DNA of 64,000 nucleotides from Gemmatimonadota bacterium (GCA_009838645.1 VXRC01000005.1:26858-90857), one strand, 5' to 3'; positions 9,401 to 17,872 are shown, counted from the stretch's first letter. Notes: generated by a model from the sequence alone, not told the origin. Numbers and translations: made by a program.

Positions 9401-10777
9401 GAACTGCGCTGAATCTGTCAGCGCGATGGTGGCGGACGCCAGGTCGTTGCCCTCATAGACGGATCGGACCACGACGGTCTCGATGCCTTCCGCCGTTCCG
9501 TCGTCGAATACCCTGAGGGTAAGCGACGTGGAAGCCGAGGCGGCGTCCCGGGGGATGATGATCTCAAGGGTTCCTTCCAGGTCGTAATCATCGGATGTGG
9601 CCGAACCCTCCAGGAAAAGGTCGATGATCGTCGCCACCGGCACCGGTTCTTCACTCAGCGTGGCCGTCACCACCACCTCCTGGTTGTCGCCGCCTTCGGA
9701 CAGGGCCGCGGGACTCACCGCCAGGGTGATCTCGGGTACGTCATCCACGGGCCTGCGGTAGAAACCGGCGCCTACGACGAAATGCTGTCCGGGGTACCGC
9801 GCGACTTCCATCAATTCCGCGTAGCTCACCTTGAACGAACCGAGTTCTTCATCGCCCATGATCGACGGATCATCGTAGTGGTACTCGACGAAACCGGCGC
9901 CCGTGGTCGCAGCCTCGATGAGCTCCTCGATGAATCGAACGCCGTTGAGGTCTTCGAGATCGATACGGATTTCGCCTTCCTGCGTTCTGTCCGCGCCGTG
10001 GAAGAACACGTATCCTTCCGTGGTGACGATGAAGAGGTAGATCGCGCCTTCTCTGAACGGACCGCCCTCTTCTCTCAAGGCGATCGTGATCGCCCCGGCG
10101 TCCGCATCGTGCTCCTCCACGGCGTCGAGGTACCACTGGATCGAGCCTTTTACGAAGGCCTTGAGCGTTTCCCGGTCCACCACGTCCGAGGCGCGCACCG
10201 CGGGCGGGTCGGGAAGCGTACGCTCTTCCGGATCGTTGATCGCCATGTGGAAACCGCCCGCCAGGATGTAATCGCCCACGCCGAACCCGGAGGTATACCG
10301 AATCGCGAAGGCCACGCGGTCGGGTTCGTCGTCCGGATCCCTGAGATCATCCCAGGTATACTCTATGAACGAGCCGTCGGCGTCCACTGCTATGATTTCC
10401 TGTACGACTTTCTTGCCGGTGTCGTCTTCCAGCCCGCTGATATCGGTTTCGACGATATAGGGATCCCCCCCATGTTCGATCACCACGCCCTCGAGACTGA
10501 GAATCACCAGGTACAGGTCACCCTGTTTCCAGTCGCCTTCGTTCCGCAGGGCTCTTTGCATTCCGGGCACATCGTTGAGGTCGTTGATCCGTTCCAGGGA
10601 ATCCGCCACCGACACGACGAAGGCCTTAAGCGTCTCACGGTCCGTGACCTGGCCGGCTGTAATCGTCCTGCCCTGGGCAATGGCTGGCTTTGCGTGTGCG
10701 AACAGGCCGGCCAGGCCGACAAGCAGCCCGAAGACCAGGATCGATCGCCTCGAAACGTGAGCAGTTATGGAAGACAT
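6434..10777 (-). CDS. Autotransporter-like outer-membrane protein whose passenger carries 4 sCache_2-like domains, 2 Calx-beta-like domains and 1 Big_2 domain
   Basis: A Sec signal peptide is present (RRSILVFGLLVGLAGLFAHAKPAIAQG). Four roughly 140-aa repeats each carry the motif pattern VxDRETLKxFV...ALRxEG...GxxYLFIxxxxGxVxFHGxD...DLxDxNG...GGGFVEYxWDDP...SYA...GSGxY. Two Calx-beta-like units have DDY..EGTL...DDG.AEG signatures and a Big_2 unit follows. The last ~450 aa are Gly/Ser/Arg-rich with alternating strands and end in ...GRISF. Confidence 0.7.
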   Translation of the reverse strand: MSSITAHVSRRSILVFGLLVGLAGLFAHAKPAIAQGRTITAGQVTDRETLKAFVVSVADSLERINDLNDVPGMQRALRNEGDWKQGDLYLVILSLEGVVIEHGGDPYIVETDISGLEDDTGKKVVQEIIAVDADGSFIEYTWDDLRDPDDEPDRVAFAIRYTSGFGVGDYILAGGFHMAINDPEERTLPDPPAVRASDVVDRETLKAFVKGSIQWYLDAVEEHDADAGAITIALREEGGPFREGAIYLFIVTTEGYVFFHGADRTQEGEIRIDLEDLNGVRFIEELIEAATTGAGFVEYHYDDPSIMGDEELGSFKVSYAELMEVARYPGQHFVVGAGFYRRPVDDVPEITLAVSPAALSEGGDNQEVVVTATLSEEPVPVATIIDLFLEGSATSDDYDLEGTLEIIIPRDAASASTSLTLRVFDDGTAEGIETVVVRSVYEGNDLASATIALTDSAQFVTAADVVDRETLRSFVTGFRDYLDTIDTADEAVRLQADIRSEGIWRVPGMMYFVLFHPDGTVFLHADDPTRDGIDASNLEDDNGVLVVRKILETAAAGGGFVDYTWDDPDVEGVDPLRIASTSPPDRVAYAIPYALAQTGQTWVVAAGFNQYITSGEESELPEPPAVWARDVMDRETLRSFVKGAASWSEEAFALTGSGPEAPPAQIGRALREEDGPWKHGAVYLFIYRDDGVLLFHGANSSLENVNLYDHQDLNGVFYTREIIMAAQAGGGFVEYYFDNPDVVGDEASGSPKVSYAETATYGGTEYIIGSGIYFDVTEHVPDITLTVSPAAVSEAAGAQPVTVTATRTGLAIPVAVVIPLSLSGTAAGDDYSVSGNLSISIPGGETEGSTGLTITPVRDYVYELGDETIIFTALFNGRDLGAATLKISDAFEAPAVSGVVPPVTLEAGDSETIDAGALFSGTSPTYSVSSSDNGVAEAVLSGATLSVTGVRKGSATVTLSARNAAGEASLVFGVTVTAVLAERETYTDILAAMGRGMLSSVSTTVGGRFTGGGQGVVVGGRRIDGPAAAVSALADVTGHRNRDSSREMALMDGGRHRDGGRGDYLLRSSAFSYAFDDQAAGDRLRWGVWGAGDWQRFKNEPADGASFDGNTTTAYLGVDLAARQRWMAGIALSYTMGRSDYDVAVASGSLEASLASVLPYARWSGEGCCTEVWTILGLGSGNVDDGTDASDLDMRMGMAGLRSRLASSGSMGIDVVGDAGLLRVSTSDSGSAALRDIVASVQRMRIGLEGSRSASLGGGATATPYVQVAGRHDGGDGRTGQGLEVSGGLRLAGNRIGVHARGRFLAVHTGQGYSEHGFSLVAFMNPDADGRGLMMSVAPRVGAGAGDSGMMWRDRPLAGSDLRGRNDAHSLRTEVGYGLASSAGVLFTSFGEMNLYGDERRQVRIGTRVGTPVRSRRSGSLELSGSRVDQRGGPVHHRIGLIGRISF

Positions 10778-10853
10778 CGAATCTCTCCTGTCGGATTTAA
10801 TGGCACTTCGCGTAATGAACCGGTACAGACGGAAGCAACTCCTTCGCAGAACC

Positions 10854-10927
10854 GAGACCCGGATGCGGCGAGACCCGGATGCGGTGAGACCCGGATACGG
10901 CGAGACCCGGATGCGGCGATGCGGATG
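10854..10927. repeat. Tandem array of a 16-bp unit GAGACCCGGATGCGGC (4.5 copies), upstream of the autotransporter start and downstream of the PhyH stop
   Basis: Direct inspection shows units at 10854, 10870, 10886 and 10902, followed by a partial copy. Confidence 0.85.
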
Positions 10928-11749
10928 TTACACAGCGGCGCGGCCCCGTTCCAGCGCCTTCGCCACTTCGGATTCCCACGTGCCGTCCACGCGGACGCCG
11001 TACTCCACCACCCCTCCGGTCGCCCGTGGTCCAGTGACATAGGGCCGGTAGTCCCGGCCGTCCTCGATGAGCCGTTCGGGCGCATAGTCCGCACGGAGAA
11101 AGTGGAAGGCGATGCCGGCGCGGGACCGGTCCGTCCGGTTGTGGCCGGTGCAGTGCGCGGTTCCGTAGCAGAAAAACAGGGCGCCACCCGCTTTCAGTTC
11201 GATAGTATCCGCCTGCTCCTCCGGAGGATAGCAGCGGATGTGGTGGTCGCTGTAGGGGTCCCGGCTGTGCTCGTAGGGTGTCCGGTAGCTGCCGGGAATC
11301 ACCTGCATGGTGCCGTTCTCGACCGTCGCGTCGTGCACGGCGATCCAGACGGCCGTTCCCATGAGCGGGTCACGGATCTTGAAATAGGCGTTGTCCTGGT
11401 GCCAGTGGGTGCCCATGCCGTCACCGCCCGGTTTGAGAAAGACCTGGTCCAGGTGAAGGATAAAGGGATCCCCGATCAGCCGGGAGATGGCAGCGACCAC
11501 GTCGGGCTGGAACGGGAGGGCGCGAAACAGGTCGCTGTGCCGGTACATCGGGCAGAGTTGCATGTTGCGCTGCGTGGTGGACGTTGTCTTCCCGTCGCCC
11601 GCCGTGGCGACGTTCCGCATTGCGCCGTTTTCCATGAGACGATCGATCTCGGCCTGGAAGGCACGGGTTTCCCGGTCTGAAAAGAATCCCGGTTTGGCCA
11701 CGTAACCGTGGGATCTGAAATGGGCGACTTCATCGTTTGTCAATGCCAT
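10928..11749 (-). CDS. Phytanoyl-CoA dioxygenase (PhyH) family Fe(II)/2-oxoglutarate-dependent oxygenase
   Basis: The translation from MALTNDEVAHFRSHGY shows the PhyH fold signature, with HWHQDNAYF (HxD) and a distal His. The start was trimmed from the 12217 ORF, which otherwise overlaps the upstream decarboxylase. Confidence 0.7.
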   Translation of the reverse strand: MALTNDEVAHFRSHGYVAKPGFFSDRETRAFQAEIDRLMENGAMRNVATAGDGKTTSTTQRNMQLCPMYRHSDLFRALPFQPDVVAAISRLIGDPFILHLDQVFLKPGGDGMGTHWHQDNAYFKIRDPLMGTAVWIAVHDATVENGTMQVIPGSYRTPYEHSRDPYSDHHIRCYPPEEQADTIELKAGGALFFCYGTAHCTGHNRTDRSRAGIAFHFLRADYAPERLIEDGRDYRPYVTGPRATGGVVEYGVRVDGTWESEVAKALERGRAAV

Positions 11750-11813
11750 ACGCTCGACGTCCTTTACCTTTGGAGATCTATACCGGTTGAGGTGCTTTAC
11801 AGATGGAAGTCCT

Positions 11814-13328
11814 TTACCGGGTCTGATGGGTGCTCCCCCGGTCCACGTCACTCCGGACTTCGGTTTCCGAAATCGCCTCGTTTCCGAATTGTTCAATGGC
11901 TTCCAGGGTTTCGCGCACGTCGTCCCAGGTCGTATTATGGTTGACGATACAGAGCCTGAGGGTAAACCTGCCCCGCAACAGGGTCGATGACATGAGGGCG
12001 CGGTCCTCCCAGAAGACGCGGGCGAGCACTTTCCGGTTGATCTTCTCGAGGGATTCTTCATCGAGATCCGGAGCGGCGGGGTTGACGCGGAAGCATACGA
12101 TACCGAGCGAAGACGGCAACAACAATTCCAGGGTCCCGCTTTTCCGGATATGCTCCTCGGCCCGCCCGGCCAGTTCCATGCCCTTGGATACGGCGTTTCG
12201 GAATGCAGCCATGCCAAAGGTCTTCACGGACACCCAGATTTTCAGGGCCCGTACCGAACGGCTCAGTTGCAGGCCCCGGTCCGAGAAGTTGGGATGATTC
12301 GCGCCCCATATCGTGTCCTGGAGGATATCGTGTCGTACGGCGAATGCGCGCTCGAGGTCGCCTAAGTCCTTCACCATCAGGCAACCGGCTTCGTAGGGTT
12401 GAAAGAACAGCTTGTGCGCGTCCAGACCGATGGAGTCCGCCCGTTCGATCCCGCGCAGAAGGTCCTTTCCCTTTTCGGTGATTACCGTAAAACCGCCGTA
12501 GGCGGCATCGACGTGGAGCCAGATGCCGTCCGCCTCGCAGAAATCCGCGATCGTATCGAGCGGATCGATGGCGCCCGTACTGGCCGCCCCGGCGTTGGCG
12601 CAGACCGCCACCGGGTTGCATCCCGCGGCCCGGTCCTTCGCCACCATTTGCTTCAGCGCCTCCGGATCCATCCGGAAAAGCGCGTCGGTAGGAATCAATC
12701 GCACGTTTTCGGATCGAATGCCCATGATCCTGGCCGCCCGGACCAGCGCGCTATGGCTCTGGTCGCTCATATAGACCGTGCCGCGTTCGGGAGCGCCCGC
12801 GGATTCCCGCGCCGCGACCAGGGCTTCCAGGCTGGCCGCGGAGCCGCCGGAAGTCATCAGGCCTCCGGCGGTATCCGGATAGCCCAGCCAGCGCCGGATC
12901 CAGTCCATGACGACCAGCTCCATCTGGCTCGCTCCGCTGGATGTGAGCCAGGTACACTGGTTGACCTGGTATGCGGAGACCATGAAGTCGGCCAGTATGC
13001 CGGGCCAGGTCGGCGCCGACGGGATGAACGCGAAGGACCGGGGGTGATCGAGGCGGGCTCCCAGGGGGAGTATATCTTTTGCCGCCCTCCCCAGGACCTC
13101 CAGCGCGGGACTGCCTTCTTCGGGCGGATCCTCCATGAGTTGGTCTTCCAGTTCCCTCTTGAACTCGCCGTCCCATGCCTGTTCATCCGGAAGATTCCTG
13201 ATACGTTCTATAATGAGTTCCGCCGTCTTGTTCGCGAGCTCGAGCATGACGTCCGGGGCCATCTGGAGGCCGTTGTGCGCTTCCGCACCTGATGCCGCGT
13301 GCTGCTTTTCGAGGTTCTCCCGAGCCAC
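11814..13328 (-). CDS. Group II pyridoxal-dependent decarboxylase (aromatic amino acid / DABA / glutamate decarboxylase family)
   Basis: The translation carries SGGSAASLEAL, HVDAAYGG and the DAHK PLP-lysine motif over about 500 aa. The start is a GTG with an AGGAGAAGG RBS. Confidence 0.8.
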   Translation of the reverse strand: MARENLEKQHAASGAEAHNGLQMAPDVMLELANKTAELIIERIRNLPDEQAWDGEFKRELEDQLMEDPPEEGSPALEVLGRAAKDILPLGARLDHPRSFAFIPSAPTWPGILADFMVSAYQVNQCTWLTSSGASQMELVVMDWIRRWLGYPDTAGGLMTSGGSAASLEALVAARESAGAPERGTVYMSDQSHSALVRAARIMGIRSENVRLIPTDALFRMDPEALKQMVAKDRAAGCNPVAVCANAGAASTGAIDPLDTIADFCEADGIWLHVDAAYGGFTVITEKGKDLLRGIERADSIGLDAHKLFFQPYEAGCLMVKDLGDLERAFAVRHDILQDTIWGANHPNFSDRGLQLSRSVRALKIWVSVKTFGMAAFRNAVSKGMELAGRAEEHIRKSGTLELLLPSSLGIVCFRVNPAAPDLDEESLEKINRKVLARVFWEDRALMSSTLLRGRFTLRLCIVNHNTTWDDVRETLEAIEQFGNEAISETEVRSDVDRGSTHQTR

Positions 13329-13349
13329 TTTTACCTTCTCCTGTTCCGG

Positions 13350-13417
13350 TTATTGCTCAGTGCGACTTATTACTCAGTGCGACTTATTGCCCAGTGAAAC
13401 TCATTGCTCAGTGCCAC
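13350..13417. repeat. Tandem array of a 17-bp unit TTATTGCTCAGTGCGAC (4 copies, slightly diverged) between the ahcY stop and the decarboxylase RBS
   Basis: Units were read at 13350, 13367, 13384 and 13401. The last unit overlaps the ahcY stop codon. Confidence 0.85.
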
Positions 13418-14655
13418 GACTCCAGGTACGCCCGCTGTTCCGGCGTCATCTCGTCAACGGCCAGTCCCATGCTCGCGAGCTTCAGGCCGGCGATCTCGTG
13501 GTCGATCTCATCCGGCAGGATGTGTACGCCGGGTGCCATCTTTTCGTGCCGGGCCGCGAGGTGCTCCACCGCCAGGGCCTGGTTGGCGAAGGACAGGTCC
13601 ATGACCGCGGCGGGATGTCCCTCGCCGGCTACCAGGTTGACCAGCCGGCCCTCGCCGAGGAGATACAGTCTCCGGCCGTTCGCCAGGACGTATTCCTCCA
13701 CGTATGACCGCAGAGACTGTCGCTCGACCGCGAGGGCGTCCAGGGCCTGCACGTCGATTTCCACGTCGAAGTGTCCGGCGTTGGCCAGCATGGCGCCGTC
13801 TTTCATGGCTTCCAGGTGATCGCGGCGCACGACCCCGCGGTTTCCGGTCACGGTGATGAACAGGTCGCCCAGCGCGGCCGCCCCGCCCATGGGCAGTACC
13901 TGGAATCCTTCCATGGCGGCTTCCAGGGCCGCGACGGGGTCCACTTCCGTAACGATGACCTGGCCGCCCAGCCCCCTGGCCCGTGACGCCACGCCCCGTC
14001 CGCACCAGCCGTAGCCGCATACCACCACGGTTTTGCCTGCGATCAGCGTGTTGGTGGCCCGGAGGATGCCGTCGAGCGCGCTTTGCCCCGTACCGAACCG
14101 GTTGTCGAAGAGGTGCTTGGTCTTCGAATCGTTGACCGCGATGACCGGAAAGGCCAGGTCGCCGTTCCGGACCATGCTTCGGAGCCGGTTTACGCCCGTG
14201 GTCGTCTCTTCCGTTCCGCCGATGAACTTGTCCAGTTGCCGGCGGTGGTCCCGATGCGCCGCGGTGACCAGGTCGGCTCCGTCGTCCAGCAGGATACCCG
14301 GCTGCGCGTTCAGCACGGTGTGCAGGTGCCTGCTGAAGGTGCCGGAGTCTTCCCCTCTTTTCGCGTATACGGGCACCCCGTGGTGCACGACCAGGCTGGC
14401 CGCCACGTCGTCCTGCGTGCTCAAGGGATTGGACGCGCACACGATGGGGTCCGCGCCGCCCGCCTTGATCGCCGTGACCAGGTTGGCCGTCTTGGTCGAA
14501 ATGTGCAGGCAAACGCCGACGCGCAGGTTACGAAGTGGCTGTTCCCGCGCGAACCGGTCTTTTATCGCGCGCAAGACCGGCATCTGGCGGGCGTCCCATG
14601 CCATGCGCGCCGCACCGGCCTCGGCGAGATCGGGATCCCGGATGTCAGATTCCAT
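13408..14655 (-). CDS. ahcY: Adenosylhomocysteinase (S-adenosyl-L-homocysteine hydrolase)
   Basis: The translation carries the HISTKTA, TEETTTGV and NDSKTKHLFDNRFG motifs and an NAD-binding GYGWCGRG over 415 aa. Confidence 0.92.
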   Translation of the reverse strand: MESDIRDPDLAEAGAARMAWDARQMPVLRAIKDRFAREQPLRNLRVGVCLHISTKTANLVTAIKAGGADPIVCASNPLSTQDDVAASLVVHHGVPVYAKRGEDSGTFSRHLHTVLNAQPGILLDDGADLVTAAHRDHRRQLDKFIGGTEETTTGVNRLRSMVRNGDLAFPVIAVNDSKTKHLFDNRFGTGQSALDGILRATNTLIAGKTVVVCGYGWCGRGVASRARGLGGQVIVTEVDPVAALEAAMEGFQVLPMGGAAALGDLFITVTGNRGVVRRDHLEAMKDGAMLANAGHFDVEIDVQALDALAVERQSLRSYVEEYVLANGRRLYLLGEGRLVNLVAGEGHPAAVMDLSFANQALAVEHLAARHEKMAPGVHILPDEIDHEIAGLKLASMGLAVDEMTPEQRAYLESWH

Positions 14656-14892
14656 AGGCTACTGACATTATGCTTTTCGGCGTATTGTGCGTCAAGGTTA
14701 ATGGGAAGGTTGCGCCGCCGCTTCGGTTGCATGCCCGGAACCAGGACGTACTCCTTCCGCGCCGCCCTCATATGCCCTTGACATCAAGGAACTTCAACGA
14801 CTAACATGGTGAGGTTTCACTTCCCGGTAAGTGACTGATTTATCGCGTTTTACACGGACCGTTCTTCCTATCTCCGATCGTTCGGACACCCC

Positions 14893-16236
14893 ATGCTCGA
14901 CCTCTCCAGAAAACGCCTCAACCGTACCATCCTTTCCCTCGCATGGCCTGCCATACTCGAAAACCTGATGCACACGACGGTGTACATCGTCGACAGCATC
15001 TTTATCGGCACCCTCGGAACGCTGGCTTTCGCCGCCGTCGGCCAGAGTTCCATGATCCTCTTTACCGTAGTTTTCGTCTTCTACGGGATCGGGGTGGCAA
15101 CGGGGGCCGTCGTGGCGAGGAACCTGGGCCGGGGCGACCAGAAGACGGCCTGCGAGGCCGCCGGCCAGGGGATCATACTCGGAACGTCCATCGGTCTGAT
15201 GGTGGCCGCGCTCGGCCTGATGTTCGGCGAGGACCTCATGGTATTCCTGGGTACGGAGCCGGACGTGGTCGCACGGGCCCAGGAGTACATGCCCATCGTC
15301 TTCGCCTTCAGCGTACTGCGTCTTTTCATCTACACCAGCAGCGGGATCCTGCGCGCGGCCGGCGACACCAAGACGCCCATGTGGATCACGGGCGTCATGA
15401 ACGTGTACAACATCTTCGCCGACTGGGTGCTGATCTTTGGCATCGGACCCTTCCCGGAACTGGGCATAACAGGCGCGGCCCTGGCTACGGGCACGGCCTA
15501 CGTCCTGGGCGCCGTCCTCCTCATGTTCAGGCTGTTTCGCCGTCACGCCAGATTCAGGCTGTGCGGCAGCGACATCGGGAATATCAGATCCGAGCACCTG
15601 CGGACCATCATCCGGATCGCCGTGCCGAATCTCGGCGAACAATCCGTCATGCAATGCGCCTATTTCTCGTTCATGTGGATCGTGACCAGCCTGGGCACGA
15701 CGGCGCTCACGGCGCATTTCATGACCATACGGGTGGAGATGGTATCCTTCATGCCCGTTTTCGGGCTTTCCATGGCCGTGGCCACCGTGGTCGGACAGAG
15801 TCTGGGCGCCGAGCGGCCCGAAATCGCCGAGCTCGCCGTGAAGAAGGCCGCTCGAATCGGCCTGATCGCCATGAGCGCGCTGGGTTTTATCTTCGTCGCC
15901 GTACCGGGCCTGCTCGTCGGCATCTACAGCCCGTCGCCGGAAGTGTATGACCTGGCCGTGCTCTGCGTGCGCATCGCCGCCCTCGAACTGCCGACGTCGG
16001 CTTTGCTGATGATTTATACAGGCGCCATGCGCGGCGCGGGAGACACGGTGAGTCCCATGCTGATCAGCATCTTCGGCGCGATCTTCCTGCGGATCGGCAT
16101 GATGTACGTGCTGGTGATCGAACTGGGCTGGGGGTTGCCGGGGGTATGGTACGGTACGGCGCTGGACTGGGGCATCCGCCTGGTGATCGCCTGGTTCCTG
16201 TTCCGGCGGGGACGCTGGAAGAGGATAACAATCTAG
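14893..16236 (+). CDS. MATE family multidrug/sodium efflux transporter
   Basis: Twelve predicted TM helices and a two-fold repeat typical of the NorM/MatE family over 447 aa. A fully antisense 532-aa ORF over the same region was rejected. Confidence 0.85.
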   Translation: MLDLSRKRLNRTILSLAWPAILENLMHTTVYIVDSIFIGTLGTLAFAAVGQSSMILFTVVFVFYGIGVATGAVVARNLGRGDQKTACEAAGQGIILGTSIGLMVAALGLMFGEDLMVFLGTEPDVVARAQEYMPIVFAFSVLRLFIYTSSGILRAAGDTKTPMWITGVMNVYNIFADWVLIFGIGPFPELGITGAALATGTAYVLGAVLLMFRLFRRHARFRLCGSDIGNIRSEHLRTIIRIAVPNLGEQSVMQCAYFSFMWIVTSLGTTALTAHFMTIRVEMVSFMPVFGLSMAVATVVGQSLGAERPEIAELAVKKAARIGLIAMSALGFIFVAVPGLLVGIYSPSPEVYDLAVLCVRIAALELPTSALLMIYTGAMRGAGDTVSPMLISIFGAIFLRIGMMYVLVIELGWGLPGVWYGTALDWGIRLVIAWFLFRRGRWKRITI

Positions 16237-16249
16237 GGGGTATGAATAG

Positions 16250-16693
16250 ATGCGGGTAGTATTGCAGCGCGTCTCCAGCGCTTCCGTCAAAATCGATGGT
16301 GAAACAACCGGAGAAATCGGTCCCGGTCTCGTACTGCTCCTCGGCATAGCGAAGGACGATGCGCCGGAGGACGTGGAATACGTCGTAAACAAATGCGCCG
16401 GACTCCGGATTTTCGGCGACGATCAGGGGAAGATGAATCGTTCTCTGCACGACGTGGGGGGCGAGGTACTGGCGATTTCCCAATTTACCCTGTTCGGAGA
16501 TACCCGCAAGGGCCGAAGGCCCAGTTTCGAAAGCGCCGCGCCGCCGGAACACGCCGAGCCCCTGTATGAGCTAGCGGTCGAACGCCTCAGGGAACGCGGT
16601 ATACGGGTCGCCACTGGCCGTTTCGGAGCGTACATGGAAGTTTCACTGGTCAACGACGGCCCCGTGACCCTGACCGTCGAGTCCCGCCGATGA
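16250..16693 (+). CDS. dtd: D-aminoacyl-tRNA deacylase
   Basis: The translation begins MRVVLQRV and contains SQFTLFGD and the Gly-cisPro motif (NDGPVT) over 147 aa. Confidence 0.9.
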   Translation: MRVVLQRVSSASVKIDGETTGEIGPGLVLLLGIAKDDAPEDVEYVVNKCAGLRIFGDDQGKMNRSLHDVGGEVLAISQFTLFGDTRKGRRPSFESAAPPEHAEPLYELAVERLRERGIRVATGRFGAYMEVSLVNDGPVTLTVESRR

Positions 16694-17274
16694 AGCAGAT
16701 CGTCCTGGCCTCTTCCTCGCCCCGTCGGTCCAGCCTGCTCCGGCAGATAGGGATGAATATCGAAATCGTGCCACCGGACGTCGACGAATCCCGGTATTCC
16801 TTTGAAGGCGATCCTTCCGGTACGGCGGAACGGCTTGCGCTGGCGAAAGCGAAGAGCGCGGCCGGCCGGGTCGACGCCCGCGACCGTTTGGTACTCGGTG
16901 CCGACACGGTGGTCCTGTTCGAGGGCGAGGTCATCGGCAAGCCGAAAGACGCGAAGGACGCCTGCGCCATACTGCAAAAGCTGGCCGGCCATGCTCACCG
17001 GGTGCTCACGGGCTTCGCACTGCTGGATCCTCGGACGAACCGGGCGGTGACGGCGCACGAGTGGACGGCGGTCTCTATGCGCGAATTGACCGACGCCGAA
17101 ATCCGTGCGTACGTGGATACGGGCGAGCCCCTGGACAAGGCGGGATCCTATGGCGCCCATGCCCTGGGCGCCGGTCTCATTACCCGCGTGGAGGGCTGTT
17201 TCTACAACGTGATCGGCCTTCCCCTCGCCCGGTTGCTTATGACGCTGAAAAACTTCGATGACCTGGCGACGTGA
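16690..17274 (+). CDS. maf: Maf nucleoside triphosphate pyrophosphatase / septum formation protein
   Basis: The translation contains [14 protein letters not shown] and DKAGSYG motifs. Its ATGA start overlaps the dtd stop. Confidence 0.9.
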   Translation: MKQIVLASSSPRRSSLLRQIGMNIEIVPPDVDESRYSFEGDPSGTAERLALAKAKSAAGRVDARDRLVLGADTVVLFEGEVIGKPKDAKDACAILQKLAGHAHRVLTGFALLDPRTNRAVTAHEWTAVSMRELTDAEIRAYVDTGEPLDKAGSYGAHALGAGLITRVEGCFYNVIGLPLARLLMTLKNFDDLAT

Positions 17275-17286
17275 CCGAGTAACTCC

Positions 17287-17805
17287 ATGGCTGATTTCAG
17301 AGGACACGTCTGGGGTGGTTTCGTCGCCACCCTCATCTCCATGGCGCTCTGTGCCGCCGGACTTTGGTGGACGGAGCTGCTCGAACCCTACCGGACCCTG
17401 GACGTCTGGCCGGAGGTACTTCTGCTGCTCTCCATCGGGTTGTTGTCGGCCTGTTTCCCGGACGTGGACACCGAGAGTAAATCGCAGCGGCTGTTCTACC
17501 GCCTGTTGATTCTGCTGGACATCTGGTTTATCTTGATCGGGGATTACAGGACCGCGGCCCTGCTGGGACTCGGCGCCATGCTGCCGCTGCTCGGCAAGCA
17601 CAGGGGATGGACCCATACCTGGCTGGCCATGTTGCTGGTGCCCGCGCTGTTCCTGCTCGTTCCCATGTACCTGAAAGGGTCCGTTGAGTCCTTTCCGATC
17701 GTCTGCTACGTCGTATCGGTCTCGGCCTATGCCAGTCACCTGGTACTCGACGGATACATAGAACAGACGGGCCGGCGTATCCGACGACTGGTCGCGGGAA
17801 ACTGA
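17287..17805 (+). CDS. Membrane-bound metal-dependent hydrolase (DUF457/YdjM-like)
   Basis: A 172-aa protein with four TM segments and the GHRGWTHT motif. Confidence 0.5.
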   Translation: MADFRGHVWGGFVATLISMALCAAGLWWTELLEPYRTLDVWPEVLLLLSIGLLSACFPDVDTESKSQRLFYRLLILLDIWFILIGDYRTAALLGLGAMLPLLGKHRGWTHTWLAMLLVPALFLLVPMYLKGSVESFPIVCYVVSVSAYASHLVLDGYIEQTGRRIRRLVAGN

Positions 17806-17872
17806 GCGCGGGAAACTGAGCGCGGGAAACCCGGCGGCGTCCGCCATCAACGTCGAGCGGCGTCCGCCATCA
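17794..17872. repeat. Short tandem duplications: GCGGGAAACTGAGC in 2.6 copies, then GGCGTCCGCCATCA in 2 copies
   Basis: Read directly from the sequence. The first array spans the stop codon of the DUF457 gene. Confidence 0.8.

Noticed and set aside
9782-11680. A 632-aa plus-strand ORF spanning the autotransporter 5' end, the repeat array and the PhyH gene
   Set aside because: It is antisense to two well-supported genes, crosses an intergenic tandem repeat, and shows no domain signal.
10854-13417. Whether the tandem repeat arrays could be CRISPR arrays
   Set aside because: The units are directly adjacent with no unique spacers, they are only 16-17 bp long, and no cas genes lie nearby.
13508-14512. 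A 334-aa Arg/Gly/Pro-rich ORF in an alternate frame of ahcY
   Set aside because: The composition is an artefact of the GC-rich alternate frame. ahcY in the other frame matches the SAH hydrolase motifs throughout.
14656-14800. A possible SAH riboswitch in the 5' UTR of ahcY
   Set aside because: SAH riboswitches commonly precede ahcY. Reading the reverse-complemented UTR, I could not find the core GAGGAGCGCUGC, CAGGCUCGG or AACGGCGCUC elements, only loose GC-rich similarity. A covariance-model scan (Rfam RF01057) would settle it.
14794-16392. A 532-aa minus-strand ORF completely overlapping the MATE transporter gene
   Set aside because: It is antisense to a gene with clear family features. 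Its sequence is low-complexity (H/D/G/R-rich), which is typical of high-GC antisense frames.
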